Assembly (NCBI GenBank): GCA_040954595.2
Contig: CM082589.2
Span: 11,916,894 to 11,980,893, forward strand
From: Balanoglossus misakiensis
Lineage: Eukaryota; Animalia; Hemichordata
Length of the DNA stretch: 64,000 bases
Direction of reading: 5' to 3'
Shown here: positions 50,078-61,930 of the stretch, piece after piece
Numbering within the stretch: position 1 is the stretch's first letter
How the letters are laid out: every line of letters starts with the position of its first letter
Made by a program: the position numbers and the translations under genes
The notes under the pieces: generated by a model
Told to the model about the DNA's origin: nothing
The model's input: only the letters and a program-made list of their open reading frames with translations
Database searches by the model: none

Positions 50078-52101
50078 AGTAGTTTTATAATTTTATTGGT
50101 ATTTCAAAAATGTTGTCCTGTTTTTTTTTTTTTTTTGTCTTGGAAGTCCACAAACAGAATTTATTACATTTTCTCAGTGTGAATCTCATTAGAACGACTT
50201 GAAAGTCCACAACAAAACATGTTTTTCCACTGAAGTGAGCAGGGTCTAGCATGGCTGTGGAAACGCGGCTGCACCGTTGGAGGTTGGGATATACTGTTGT
50301 ACCACCCCCACCCATATCCTAACCCCCAATGGTGCAGCTGCGTTTACAAAGCTAGGTCTAGCAGCTTACCTCCAGGTTCAGACAATATCTCCAACCTGAG
50401 GTGAAGCAGGTTACACAATTTGCGCCACCAACGGCAGTTTCTGATTTCCACCAACTATTGATATATACTGGTATGAGTGCAACCAACTTGATTCAATTAG
50501 TCTGTTGCCGCCCCCCCCCCCCCCCCCACTTTTGAACACTGTTGACACTACACTCATGAAAGGGGTGAGGTATGGGCCCATAATGTGTTTTGCATTGCTG
50601 TGAATGGAATTTTGTATCGATTGACATTGGCATTTATCCCCAAATCATTTACTATTTTGTCCATTGCCAACAGATGCCCGCGTTCACAGTTTTGAGAATT
50701 TTTACCTCCTGCAATATATATTTTGCCGAATTTGAGAGCAATCTCTGTTGCGAGGCAGTTGCATGAAACCTTCTCCCGTCTGAACTAGATGCCAATAAGA
50801 GAGGGTTTTTAGTCACAATGCTCACTTCTGACAAAAGGTTCTATTTGTCTGGAAATGAGTTTACAGTGGCAATTCACTAAAATCTCAGTGAGCATAACTG
50901 CAGTTATAGAATTTTAACCAAGCGTATGTTTTCATATCAATGAAAAATACCATGAGATGGTCACGAAAATGACATAATTGTTCAAGACTAGAGGATAGCA
51001 ATGTAAAAAGACAATGCGCCATGGAGTATATTAGTAAGTAACTATTTATTTATTTAAAACAAACCAAGCATAGTTTTACCAGTTTTAATTTGAGGAAACA
51101 AATATTTTGTAAAAAGATGAACAAATATTTTTCTGACATCACTATTGTCGACAAGCCTCTTGCTTTTCACATCCCTCCAGTTCCAATCCAAGATCACATA
51201 GCCAAGTGTGACAGGGCGATCAACGTATAGGCCTTAGTATCATTCTAAGAGGGTTAGCAGCTTTCATTATGATGGGGCATGTGATTCAGCCCCCCCCCCC
51301 CCCCCCCCATCTACCTTAGCTGAGCTTTGGATCGCTTCGCCAAAGTTTATATGACAAGGGTGTTAGACCATTCCTATAACATTAGGCTAGCTATATCGTT
51401 TATATGCCTTAATGAATTAATTAATATGACTGACTGACGAACTGACTGACTGACTGAATGAATGAATCAATCAATCAATCAATCAATCACCCGACATGGC
51501 CTGGAAGGATTCACCCCCTGTTGAGATGTTGGCACCCCCTAGCAAATTGTCATGGGTGGGGTGGTCAGTGGCCCTTAAAATGATGTCACTCACATGATAG
51601 AGATATTAATTACATAACTCTTTTCCAGAGTGTGCTCTATTTACAGTCTGCACTATATTCAGGTACATGTGTAATGATATTTCAATTACTTTTGGAATCA
51701 CAGGACAGTAGAAAGGTTGATTGAACAAAGGATTTGAAATTCACTCACCATGTATTGGAACAGCTCTTACAGACATCACATCATCATTCAACGCTAAATC
51801 TTCGTAACTTTTACATACTGTTAATATAAATATAATTACTTTTCTTTAAATATCATCCAAATATTACAATGTTTCTAGCAATTTCATAAACTGCATTAAT
51901 ATAATACTGTGTGTATGATATATACTTTGTGGATAGGATACAGATCTTTGCTTATTACCAAGAATATAACACCATGTGTTTGGATTTTAAATGCAGTTCG
52001 GAGCTGACTATGTTGCATTTTGACTGCAAAATTAAAATATTTAGTTACATTTCCTTGCATTTAGTGTTGAAAATGTCACTTTTAGCTTTAAAATGAGCAC
52101 T

Positions 52102-53603
52102 GATATTGGTGTATGTTCGACATACCACATAATCAACCATGAAACCTAGTCTACATAGTTCCTTGATTTCCAAGTAGTGCATTGTCTGCCTGATCTTGTT
52201 AGGCTGCATTCACAAACGCCTCTGGAGGGGGGGGGACGGGAGAATTCAATTTTTTTTACCGCTAATTTTCACATGCCCCCCGTACACAACCCGAAATATT
52301 TTCAAATCCCCCCTTCCGAACTGCCAAAATTTTGAAATCCCCCCCCACCCATTTTCTTTCACAGAGCAAAACACATCACCTATCTATCTTGTAAAAAAAG
52401 AAAAAACAGCGCTCCCATGAAAAGAATTTGAAACTGATGAACCCCCTCACTGAACATTGTTTTTATTTTTAAGTATTTGTATTCTGTGTTGGGAGACATT
52501 GTAAACCGAGAATTGAAGGGAGTGGGACTGAAAGGGGGGGACTTGAAAACATTTTGAAAAAATTTTCTTACGTGGGAGGGGGATACCCCCTCCCACGTAA
52601 GACAATTTTATAAAATACAGAGCTCAAAACTGCATTTTAATGAACCCGGCAAAAGCAAATTAACTCAACTACCGTATGTTGGGGAGGAGAAATTTAACCG
52701 TCGCCGCTCAAAGTTATCATGGGGTGGGGCAAATCCCCTGACCTGGGACACTAGATAAACCAGTCAATGATTGAAAGGTGCTGATGAATGGAGGGGGTGG
52801 GTGAAATAAAGGGCGCGAAACTGCATTTTTATGGACTCAAAATAAATATTTTGTCGTCAATGTTTTCAAGTCCCCCCCTTTCAGTCCCTAAATTATTTCA
52901 AATCCCCCCTTACATACCCTCAATTTTTTCAAACCCCCCCCTCAATTCTCCTGCCCCCCTCCAGAGGTGTTTGTGAATGCAGCCTTACGTGAAAGACTTC
53001 ATTTTCAATGTCGCCGCTATCACTTTCTGAGTCACTTTCCTCTGAATCACCTAGTTCACCTATCACTTCATGCTCATCTTCTGGTTCACTGTCCTCATCC
53101 AAGTCATCCTCTTCATCCTCCTGCTCATCCTCCTCTTTGTCCCTCTCATGGTTTACTCTGAGACTTTCCAGAGTTGTTTGACACAGTTTCCGGCCAATGT
53201 GCGCTTCAACTATTTTCAGTTTGTCTTTTTTTCAGCATCTTTTTCTCTGTTGTCAATTTATGTCTGTTCATGTACATGTCTAGGTCAGAAACTTTCAGCT
53301 CACATAGTTCACTGTTTCTGTATATTGCCATGATACAGCCTGAAAATGTTATTTTTGTGATCAAAAGTGTACTTGTTGTCACCTGATCACACAGAGTAAA
53401 GACATGTTCGTATTCTATTTTATATACTTTACGGTCAATTCTGTTGTTTTTTGCTATAATTCCATACAAATCTGTTGTAAAAATTGTCCCCCCCAAACCA
53501 TTGATTATAAAATTTGTCCCCCCCCTAAAAACTGCTTTGTAAAAGTAAACCCCCCCCTGATTTCCACCGCCCCCCCCCCTCCCTGTAAAAAACGAATGCT
53601 CCC
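52102..53603 (-). mobile_element. Truncated inverted copy of the 56266-57928 element, lacking its last ~200 bp and second TIR
   Basis: Ends ..AAAACGAATGCTCCC|TTA at 53603 and is cut at the palindrome junction 52102. Confidence 0.85.
52202..52984. mobile_element. Inverted-arm copy of the nested MITE (783 bp, internal rearrangement near 52530-52595)
   Basis: TTA|GGCTGCATTCACAAAC ... GTTTGTGAATGCAGCC|TTA. Confidence 0.9.
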
Positions 53604-54236
53604 TTACCAATCAGAAACAGCCTTCCAAGACTGCGTAGCGCTCTTGTAAAGTTATTTTTGATTGTTCAAATTCTTTACCATGTCACTGCTGGCATACAAC
53701 AATCCATATGACCCAGCAACTTTGTATAGATGCACTGACATCAATGATATGCCTTCCAAAGCGCCACACATAGTGTAATTACACATGTTTCATGCTTCTG
53801 ACACGCTCTAGCTTTTACCAGGTTCATACACGAAAAAAATTGAGACGCTATTTGCCTATGGTAAACACAGAGCATTAATCGTTTGAGTCGCCTTGTGTTC
53901 ACACACACAAAGTTTATGTATAGGCGCTGAGGCTCAGTCCCAAAGACAATGGATTGCAGAGAGGTTTTCATCCTTACACCGGATCAGGTCTGACGGGCAA
54001 AGCCGTCTCAAATCTAAGCCGTTCCAGAACCACTATACACCGTCCACACATGTTTTTTTTAAGACAGTATGTGATCTGAGACGTTTCAGAACCGTCTTAA
54101 TGGTGTGTGTGACCCCCATATTAGACAACTTAGACAAAATCATCCGATAATAAATATTAGCTCAGTCTATGTCCTGGCGCATTTCATCAGGACAATAAAA
54201 TACATAACAAAAGCCCTCACTACGCACCCACTCGAT

Positions 54237-54575
54237 ATATGATTCTGGTAACTCACAGTTACGAGGGGGTAAAAACGGCTGCTATGGCCCGAATATAGGC
54301 CAGGCTATAGGTGTTTTATAATAAACCTCATGCTAACAGCTGGGAAAATCTTGCGATTTTCTCTTGAGGTTGGCAGACGACATCTTCCGCGGTGGCCATT
54401 GTGTCAGACGACGCGACGCTGATTGACGTAACCGAGTCTGCGCACTCACGCTGGTCACGTGACCGGTTTATATTTTTTCTGCTATTTCCCTAGCGGTTCA
54501 TAGTCGATTCTATTTTCCTATCACGAGACCGATTCTGGCGAATCGCAACACAGTATTAGCATGAGGTATATTATA
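54237..54575. mobile_element. Related Crypton-like end plus a 259 bp cassette bounded by 20 bp inverted repeats
   Basis: GATTCTGGTAACTCACAG at 54241. Inverted repeats TATAATAAACCTCATGCTAA (54317-54336) and TTAGCATGAGGTATATTATA (54556-54575), 1 mismatch. Confidence 0.5.
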
Positions 54576-56531
54576 GTGTCATACATGAGAACGTGCGCTT
54601 TTCTTCCTCTCTGGGGCTTGGGTCTGAAGGAAGTTAAAATCCGAACACTCCATAGGGCCCTACGTTTCAAACAATTTACTCGGTCCAATCAGTTGACAAA
54701 ATGTATCAATGTCGAAAGGGAAATACTATTCTCAAAATACATTTTCCTAACGTGTTTCACCAAAGGGCGAAACAGTGAATGTTTATCTAAAAACGGGAAC
54801 GATGGCGGATTTTGTTTCTTTGTGACGAGAGTGATGGTACACTTCAATGATTTGTTTTATCTGGCCGATTATCAGGAGACACGTCACCACAAGAGGGCGC
54901 ACTAAGAAGTCTATTTGGGAAAGCTGTGAAATAATGAACCTCCCCGCCCCCACCCAAAAAAATGTCCGTTCAATTGAATACAACGCAATAAATACGAAAC
55001 CCATCACCTTTTTGTTTTAAAGCAGTGGTGTGTTTACGCATGTACGTACATTCAATGACAATGGAGTTTGCAAGGAAAAAATGACAAAATAAGTCAAGTG
55101 TATTTATTTCTATATTTCTAGAAATTCATGAAAAACATGTTGGTAATATTTACATAATAATAATCTTAGTCAAAGGCACGCAAGCACTGAACAATACGCT
55201 GTCTGCTCCATTAGCTCCAACTTTTCACTATGTTTTCAGTAATATTGCTCTGTGTATCTGCTGCGGTTTCTAGTATAAACTCCAGAAACATGACAAAATA
55301 TCCAGAGTTTAGCTTATCAACACTTCATGTATGTGCATATTCAGTATTATTATTGTGTAAAATTTAAATTCATGTCCGAACTAGAATTCATTTGTCAACA
55401 GTGATAACAATGGCCGTTACACATACACAGGCAATGTTAATGATTGGAGTATTTGGTACTACATGTATATTAAAGTGATGTTTGGAGTTAAACAAGAAAT
55501 TGCAATTTTTACACAAAATTAAAATACTGAAAATAAAGCTAAATGTTACAGATTTTCATCCAGTGGAATTCTCCTGCATGTAAAAGTTGCTTTACCGGCA
55601 AAAAGTCGAGTGGGTGCGTAGTGAGGGCTTTTGTTATGTATTTTATTGTCGTGATGAAATGCGCCAGGACATAGACTGAGCTAATATTTATTATCGGATG
55701 ATTTTGTCTAATATTTATTTTCGGATAATATTGTCTAAGTTGTCTAATATGGGGGTCACACACACCATTAAGACGGTTCTGAAACGTCTCAGATCACATA
55801 CTGTCTTAAAAAAAAACATGTGTGGACGGTGTATAGTGGTTCTGGAACGGCTTAGATTTGAGACGGCTTTGCCCGTCAGACCTGATCCGGTGTAAGGATT
55901 AAAACCTCTCTGCAATCCATTGTCTTTGGGACTGAGCCTCAGCGCCTATACATAAACTTTGTGTGTGTGAACACAAGGCGACTCAAACGATTAATGCTCT
56001 GTGTTTACCATAGGCAAATAGCGTCTCAATTTTTTTCGTGTATGAACCTGGTAAATGGTAGAGCGTGTCAGAAGCATGAAACATGTGTAATTACACTATG
56101 TGTGGCGCTTTGGAAGGCATATCACTGATGTCAGTGCATCTATACAAAGTTGCTGGGTCATATGGATTGTTGTATGCCAGCAGTGACATGGTAAAGAATT
56201 TGAACAATCAAAAATAACTTTACAAGAGCGCTACGCAGTCTTGGAAGGCTGTTTCTGATTGGTAAGGGAGCATTCGTTTTTTACAGGGAGGGGGGGGGGG
56301 CGGTGGAAATCAGGGGGGGGGTTTACTTTTACAAAGCAGTTTTTAGGGGGGGGACAAATTTTATAATCAATGGTTTGGGGGGGACAATTTTTACAACAGA
56401 TTTGTATGGAATTATAGCAAAAAACAACAGAATTGACCGTAAAGTATATAAAATAGAATACGAACATGTCTTTATTCTGTGTGATCAGGTGACAACAAGT
56501 ACACTTGTGAACACAAAAATAACATTTTCAG

Positions 56532-57685
56532 GCTGTATCATGGCAATATACAGAAACAGTGAACTATGTGAGCTGAAAGTTTCTGACCTAGACATGTACA
56601 TGAACAGACATAAATTGACAACAGAGAAAAAGATGCTGAAAAAAAGACAAACTGAAAATAGTTGAAGCGCACATTGGCCGGAAACTGTGTCAAACAACTC
56701 TGGAAAGTCTCAGAGTAAACCATGAGAGGGACAAAGAGGAGGATGAGCAGGAGGATGAAGAGGATGACTTGGATGAGGACAGTGAACCAGAAGATGAGCA
56801 TGAAGTGATAGGTGAACTAGGTGATTCAGAGGAAAGTGACTCAGAAAGTGATAGCGGCGACATTGAAAATGAACTCTTTCACGTAAGGCTGCATTCACAA
56901 ACACCTCTGGAGGGGGGCAGGAGAATTGAGGGGGGGATTTGAAAAAATTGAGGGTATGTAAGGGGGGATTTGAAATAATTTAGGGACTGAAAGGGGGGGG
57001 ACTTGAAAACATTGACGACAAAATATTTATTTTGAGTCCATAAAAATGCAGTTTCGCGCCCTTTATTTTACCCACCCCCTCCATTCATCAGCACCTTTCA
57101 ATCATTGACTGGTTTATCTAGTGTCCCAGGTCAGGGGATTTGCCCCACCCCATGATAACTTTGAGCGGCGACGGTTAAATTTCTCCTCCCCAACATACCG
57201 GTAGTTGAGTTAATTTGCTTTTGCCGGGTTCATTAAAATGCAGCTTTGAGCTCTGTATTTTATAAAATTGTCTTACGTGGGAGGGGGATACCCCCTCCCA
57301 ATCCCACTCCCTTCAATTCTCGGTTTACAATGTCTCCCAACACAGAATACAAATACTTAAAAATAAAAACAATGTTCAGTGAGGGGGTACATCAGTTTCA
57401 AATTCTTTTCATGGGAGCGCTGTTTTTTCTTTTTTTACAAGATAGATAGGTGATGTGTTTTGCTCTGTGAAAGAAAATGGGTGGGGGGGATTTCAAAATT
57501 TTGGCAGTTCGGAATGGGGGATTTGAAAATATTTCGGGTTGTGTACGGGGGGCATGTGAAAATTAGCGGTAAAAAAAATGAATTCTCCCGTCCCCCCCCC
57601 CCCCTCCAGAGGCGTTTGTGAATGCAGCCTAACAAGATCAGGCAGACAATGCACTACTTGGAAATCAAGGAACTATGTAGACTAG
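56532..57685 (+). pseudogene. Degenerate last coding exon in the TIR element: SAP-like helix motif, acidic tract and TRSGR tail, interrupted by the MITE
   Basis: After acceptor-like TTTTCAG: IYRNSELCELKVSDLDMYMNRHKL..MLKK, +1 A frameshift, DKLKIVEAHIG..DKEEDEQEDEEDDLDEDSEPE..ELFHV, the MITE, then TRSGRQCTTWKSRNYVD*. Confidence 0.55.
56887..57629. mobile_element. 743 bp nested MITE with TAA TSD and GGC...GCC TIRs
   Basis: TAA|GGCTGCATTCACAAACACCTCTGGAGGGGG ... CCCCCTCCAGAGGCGTTTGTGAATGCAGCC|TAA. Confidence 0.9.
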
Positions 57686-57944
57686 GTTTCATGGTTGATT
57701 ATGTGGTATGTCGAACATACACCAATATCTGACAAAGTTTGATAAGTTTAATCCGGTGGATAAACTTTTTTTTTGGGGGGGGTCACATTTTACAATTGAA
57801 GAATTTAGGGGGGGGGGACACATTTTAGAAAAGTAATTTCGAGGGGGGGGGGGGGGTTGCCTTTTACATTTAGTCGGCGACTCAAATTCCACCGGCCCCC
57901 CTCCTCCCTGTAAAAAACGAATGCTCCCTAAGATTTGAGACAGC

Positions 57945-58334
57945 TCAATCTGCATGTTATCAACAACTGCGTTCAGTTTGTTTCACCTGTTGTTATATCC
58001 TGTTGTTATATCCAGGATTGTTGTTGCTACCCTTATTTATACCCCTATAAATAGGGGTAGCCAAATGGCGGCGTTCATTGTGTAATTGACTCTGAAGGAG
58101 GCAACACGCGGACACACGCTCCCGAGAATGCATGATTTTCAATCTGCATGTTATCAACAACTGCGTTCAGTTTGTTTCACCTGTTGTTATATCCTGTTGT
58201 TATATCCAGGATTGTTGTTGCTACCCTTATTTATACCCCTATAAATAGGGGTAGCCAAATGGCGGCGTTCATTGTGTAATTGACTCTGAAGGAGGCAACA
58301 CGCGGACACACGCTCCCGAGAATGCATGATTTTC
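57945..58334. repeat. Tandem duplication, 2 x 194 bp
   Basis: TCAATCTGCATGTTATC...GCATGATTTTC starts at 57945 and 58139; the copies appear identical. Confidence 0.95.
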
Positions 58335-59744
58335 CGAAGTTTTCGACCACAAAATCCTTCACAATGCATACAAATTCCACCATGAATATGTATCCTACCG
58401 ATTTATGGCGTAAATTCCCCAGAGAGACGCAAATCAGGGGCGATTTTCAGCATTTCTTGGCGTCGATGGTAACCACTTAAAGCCCCTAGAGCTGCCAAAT
58501 TTCACGGATTTTCTTCCACAGTAAAACACTTCAAATATATTCCCTATCCTCTAAAATCCTCACCATTAAGCCATATTACTTGCATTTGCATCAGTTTGTC
58601 ATCTCTTGGTGATGCATACCACGATAGCTGCGTACTGTTTGTATGGAGGCTGATTAAACTGTTTTAATACATAGCATTTTCAAATCGCTACATACAGCCA
58701 TAATCGGGCATCGGTAAAGTGTTCACATATACCTCAGTAAAATAAAATTGTGAAAATAATGCAAAAAGTGGCAGCTATAGAGGCTTTAATGTATTTCCCC
58801 ATGTTTTAGGTCTCCATTTTGATTCACAATTTCATGTCAACAAGTTCACATTCTACCACCACATCACATCTACACATCAACTATCACTGTGATAGAAGCT
58901 ACCATTTTCAAGTTAAAGATATACAGTCACCGCCAATTTACATACACCCATATATGGCTGAAATAGAGTATTTGCGGGTTCTAAATAACATATGGCGGCG
59001 CTCTTTTTTTCGCATGTGCCACCCACTGAAAATCCGTGATTGGCTAGATCTCAAGTTAACGTGGTAACTGTAGCTAAATTTCTATAGGTGACCGTATACC
59101 TTCTCTACACGTACTGTTGACTGACACACACAATCCCCTAACTCTCAACACATACATACAAAGACCCAACCCACGCCACATGTAGTCACCATGGCCATGC
59201 CACCTGGCCTGCAGGCTACCACATCCAAAAGCATACACACACACAATACATGTCAATTTTACATGAGGAGCGGCTCATGTACTTTATTCTAAACTTGAAT
59301 GATATATAAACTGAAAATTTACCCCGCACCAAAACCCAGAGATAAAACCCTTTTTTTCAGGATAAGGGGAAAAAACTCTGGGAAAGCGTAGGTAATTCAC
59401 CAACTTTACAAAAAATTATATTTCTAAATTCATGCCTCTTTGAAAACCCTACTTTCAAGTTAAGATGCTAATCTGTTACACAAAATAGCAGGTTCACAGA
59501 AAGAAAATGTTGGAAGTTTAACAATACCAAGCAAAATTTGGTATTGTAGGTCTAAACTAAAACTGACAAAAATTAATATTTCATCTCTGAATGAATAAAG
59601 TGTTCTCAATAAATCATAATAGGTTTGGTGTTACACTGTTCTAAATGTAGCATTTACAATTAAAGGGCAACTACCTGTAATTTTTGGTACAGAATTGTTA
59701 ATATTGACAAATGCATTCAATTGACTTGAATACAATTGTTAACA

Positions 59745-60324
59745 ATAACAATGCTGATTATGCATACCAGAAATCGTGGTGCATAAATAGACCAAAATTA
59801 CGTACTGAAAAATTTGTCAAATGTAACACATAGTGGACCTTAATGTCTATAAGAATAAATCTCAAACAATGTCACGTGAACGTAAAATCTTAAATTTCAT
59901 ATTAAAATACAAAAAGAATAAAGTCATACTATTGAACACTGCACACAGTTGAGTCTAAAGTGACTAATGTACTGGGGGCAATCCCAAACAGAAACGGGTC
60001 ATATAGTCATAAATATCCCCCACCCTTATAAATCTCATAACAATGCTGATTATGCATACCAGAAATCGTGGTGCATAAATAGACCAAAATTACGTACTGA
60101 AAAATTTGTCAAATGTAACACATAGTGGACCTTAATGTCTATAAGAATAAATCTCAAACAATGTCACGTGAACGTAAAATCTTAAATTTCATATTAAAAT
60201 ACAAAAAGAATAAAGTCATACTATTGAACACTGCACACAGTTGAGTCTAAAGTGACTAATGTACTGGGGGCAATCCCAAACAGAAACGGGTCATATAGTC
60301 ATAAATATCCCCCACCCTTATAAA
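59745..60324. repeat. Tandem duplication, 2 x 288 bp with a 4 bp TCTC filler
   Basis: ATAACAATGCTGATTATGC...CCCTTATAAA at 59745-60032 and 60037-60324. Confidence 0.95.
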
Positions 60325-60517
60325 GACCCCTTTCTCCTTGGGATGGCTCCTGTGATAAAATGAAACTGTGCTGGACTTGAAGAGATATACGCAGGAAACC
60401 TCATCAGTTACAGCCACTGCGAAGACTTCATTGATGATCCCCCAAAATTGGGGGGAAAATGTAGATGAATGTTGAAATCTTCAAAAGCAAATTGAAAGTA
60501 TTTTACTGTCAGAAAAG

Positions 60518-61930
60518 TGTAAATAATGTGTTGCCTGTAAGCCATGATGCATGATCTCCATGCCATTCAATTTATGAGCGAATTTACTGATTTACTACCC
60601 TCCCCCCGAAATACAAACAAAACAAAACAATTATGAATATATGGCTTCTGCAAACACATAATTTAGCAAATTAAAATCTTATCTGATAAAGTCACTTGAA
60701 AATGTGAAAGACCCTCTTAAATTGAGGAAAAAGAGGAATGTTAAAATGTAAAATAACTGAAAACTGAATGTGTATAAAACTTCTTAAAAAGAAGTATATC
60801 ATTGTAAATAATGTGTTGCCTGTAAGCCATGATGCATGATCTCCATGCCATTCAATTTATGAGCATTTTTACTGATTTACTACCCTCCCCCCGAAATACA
60901 AACATAACAATTATGAATATATGGCTTCTGCAAACACATTATTTAGCAAATTAAAATCTTATCTGATAAAGTCACTTGAAAATGTGAAAGACCCTCTTAA
61001 ATTAAGGAAAAAAAAGAATGTTCAAATGTAAAATAACTGAAAACTAAATGTGTATAAAATAGAGAAAACTTCTTGAAAAGAAGTATATCATTGTAAATAA
61101 TGTGTTGCCTGTAAGCCATGATGCATGATCTCCATGCCATTCAATTTATGAGCAAATTTACTGATTTACTACCCTCCCCCCGAAATACAAACAAAACAAT
61201 TATGAATTTATGGCTTCTGCAAACACATTATTTAGCAAATTAAAATCTTATCTGATAAAGTCACTTGAAAATGTGAAAGACCCTCTTAAATTGAGGAAAA
61301 AGAGGAATGTTAAAATGTAAAATAACTGAAAACTGAATGTGTATAAAACTTCTTAAACAGAAGTATATCATTGTAAATAATGTGTTGACTGTAAGCCACG
61401 ATGCATGATCTCCATGCCATTCAATTTTTTAGCGAATTTACTGCCCCCCCCCCCCAAAAAAAAAAATACAATCAAAACAAAACAATTATGAATACATGGC
61501 TTCTGCAAACACATTATTTATGTTCTTATAAAGGAAATTTTCATCAATAAAATCAAAGGACTGCAAACACTCAGACGATGCATAAATACTTGGCAATGTC
61601 AAGCCAAAGCAAATTACCTCGTCTGATACAGCCATTGGAAAACAGTTCATTAAAGACCCTCGAACATTGAGGAAAAAGGCTAAAGATGTGCGTTTAAATA
61701 ACTCAAAACTAAAAGTGTATAAAATAAAGAAAACTCCACAATGTGAAGTTTTTTTATTGTCCACAAAGTTTAAATAATGTGTTGCCTGTAAGCCATGTTG
61801 CATAGGCTCAATGCTATTCAATTTAAGAGCAAATTCACCAATATATCCCCCCCCCCCCCGCCAAAAAAAAAACAATTATGCCTATATGGCTACTGCAAAC
61901 ACATTATTTATGTATTTAAAAAGAAAAAAA
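60518..61930. repeat. ~285 bp tandem repeat (3 close copies) followed by longer, more diverged ~400 bp-type monomers
   Basis: TGTAAATAATGTGTTG(C/A)CTGTAAGCCA at 60518, 60803, 61092 and 61372, with a diverged copy near 61770. Confidence 0.92.

Larger units (their letters stand above)
44935..52106. repeat. Palindrome 1: arms 44935-48327 and 48727-52106 (~3.4 kb) with a 399 bp spacer
   Basis: Reverse-complement identity throughout, with mirrored ORFs (46226+/50652-, 46742+/50085-, 46967-/49866+). Only about 3 substitutions plus microsatellite and homopolymer length changes were seen. Confidence 0.98.
52102..57729. repeat. Palindrome 2: arms 52102-54235 and 55606-57729 (~2.1 kb) with a 1370 bp spacer
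   Basis: Reverse-complement similarity with mirrored ORFs (53070+/56538-, 53174+/56485-). More than 10 substitutions and several indels. Confidence 0.97.
56266..57928 (+). mobile_element. 1.66 kb TIR element with TAA TSD (PIF/Harbinger- or Zator-type), complete copy
   Basis: TAA|GGGAGCATTCGTTTTTTACAGGGAGG ... CCTCCCTGTAAAAAACGAATGCTCCC|TAA. Confidence 0.88.

Noticed and set aside
44939-52102. Palindrome 1 as one giant TIR transposon (CAGTG...CACTG with ATAT TSD)
   Set aside because: ATAT is self-complementary and so is duplicated automatically by the inversion. The arms contain ordinary mixed DNA (LINE debris, microsatellites), and the right end is fused to a truncated copy of downstream sequence.
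44935-57729. Palindromes as a pure assembly or amplification chimera
   Set aside because: The arms differ by substitutions, microsatellite length and indels, and the junctions show coherent microhomologies. Disfavoured, but only reads can exclude it.
59660-59690. TTAA-AGGGCAACTACCTG as a Kolobok-like left end
   Set aside because: No matching right TIR was found in the window.
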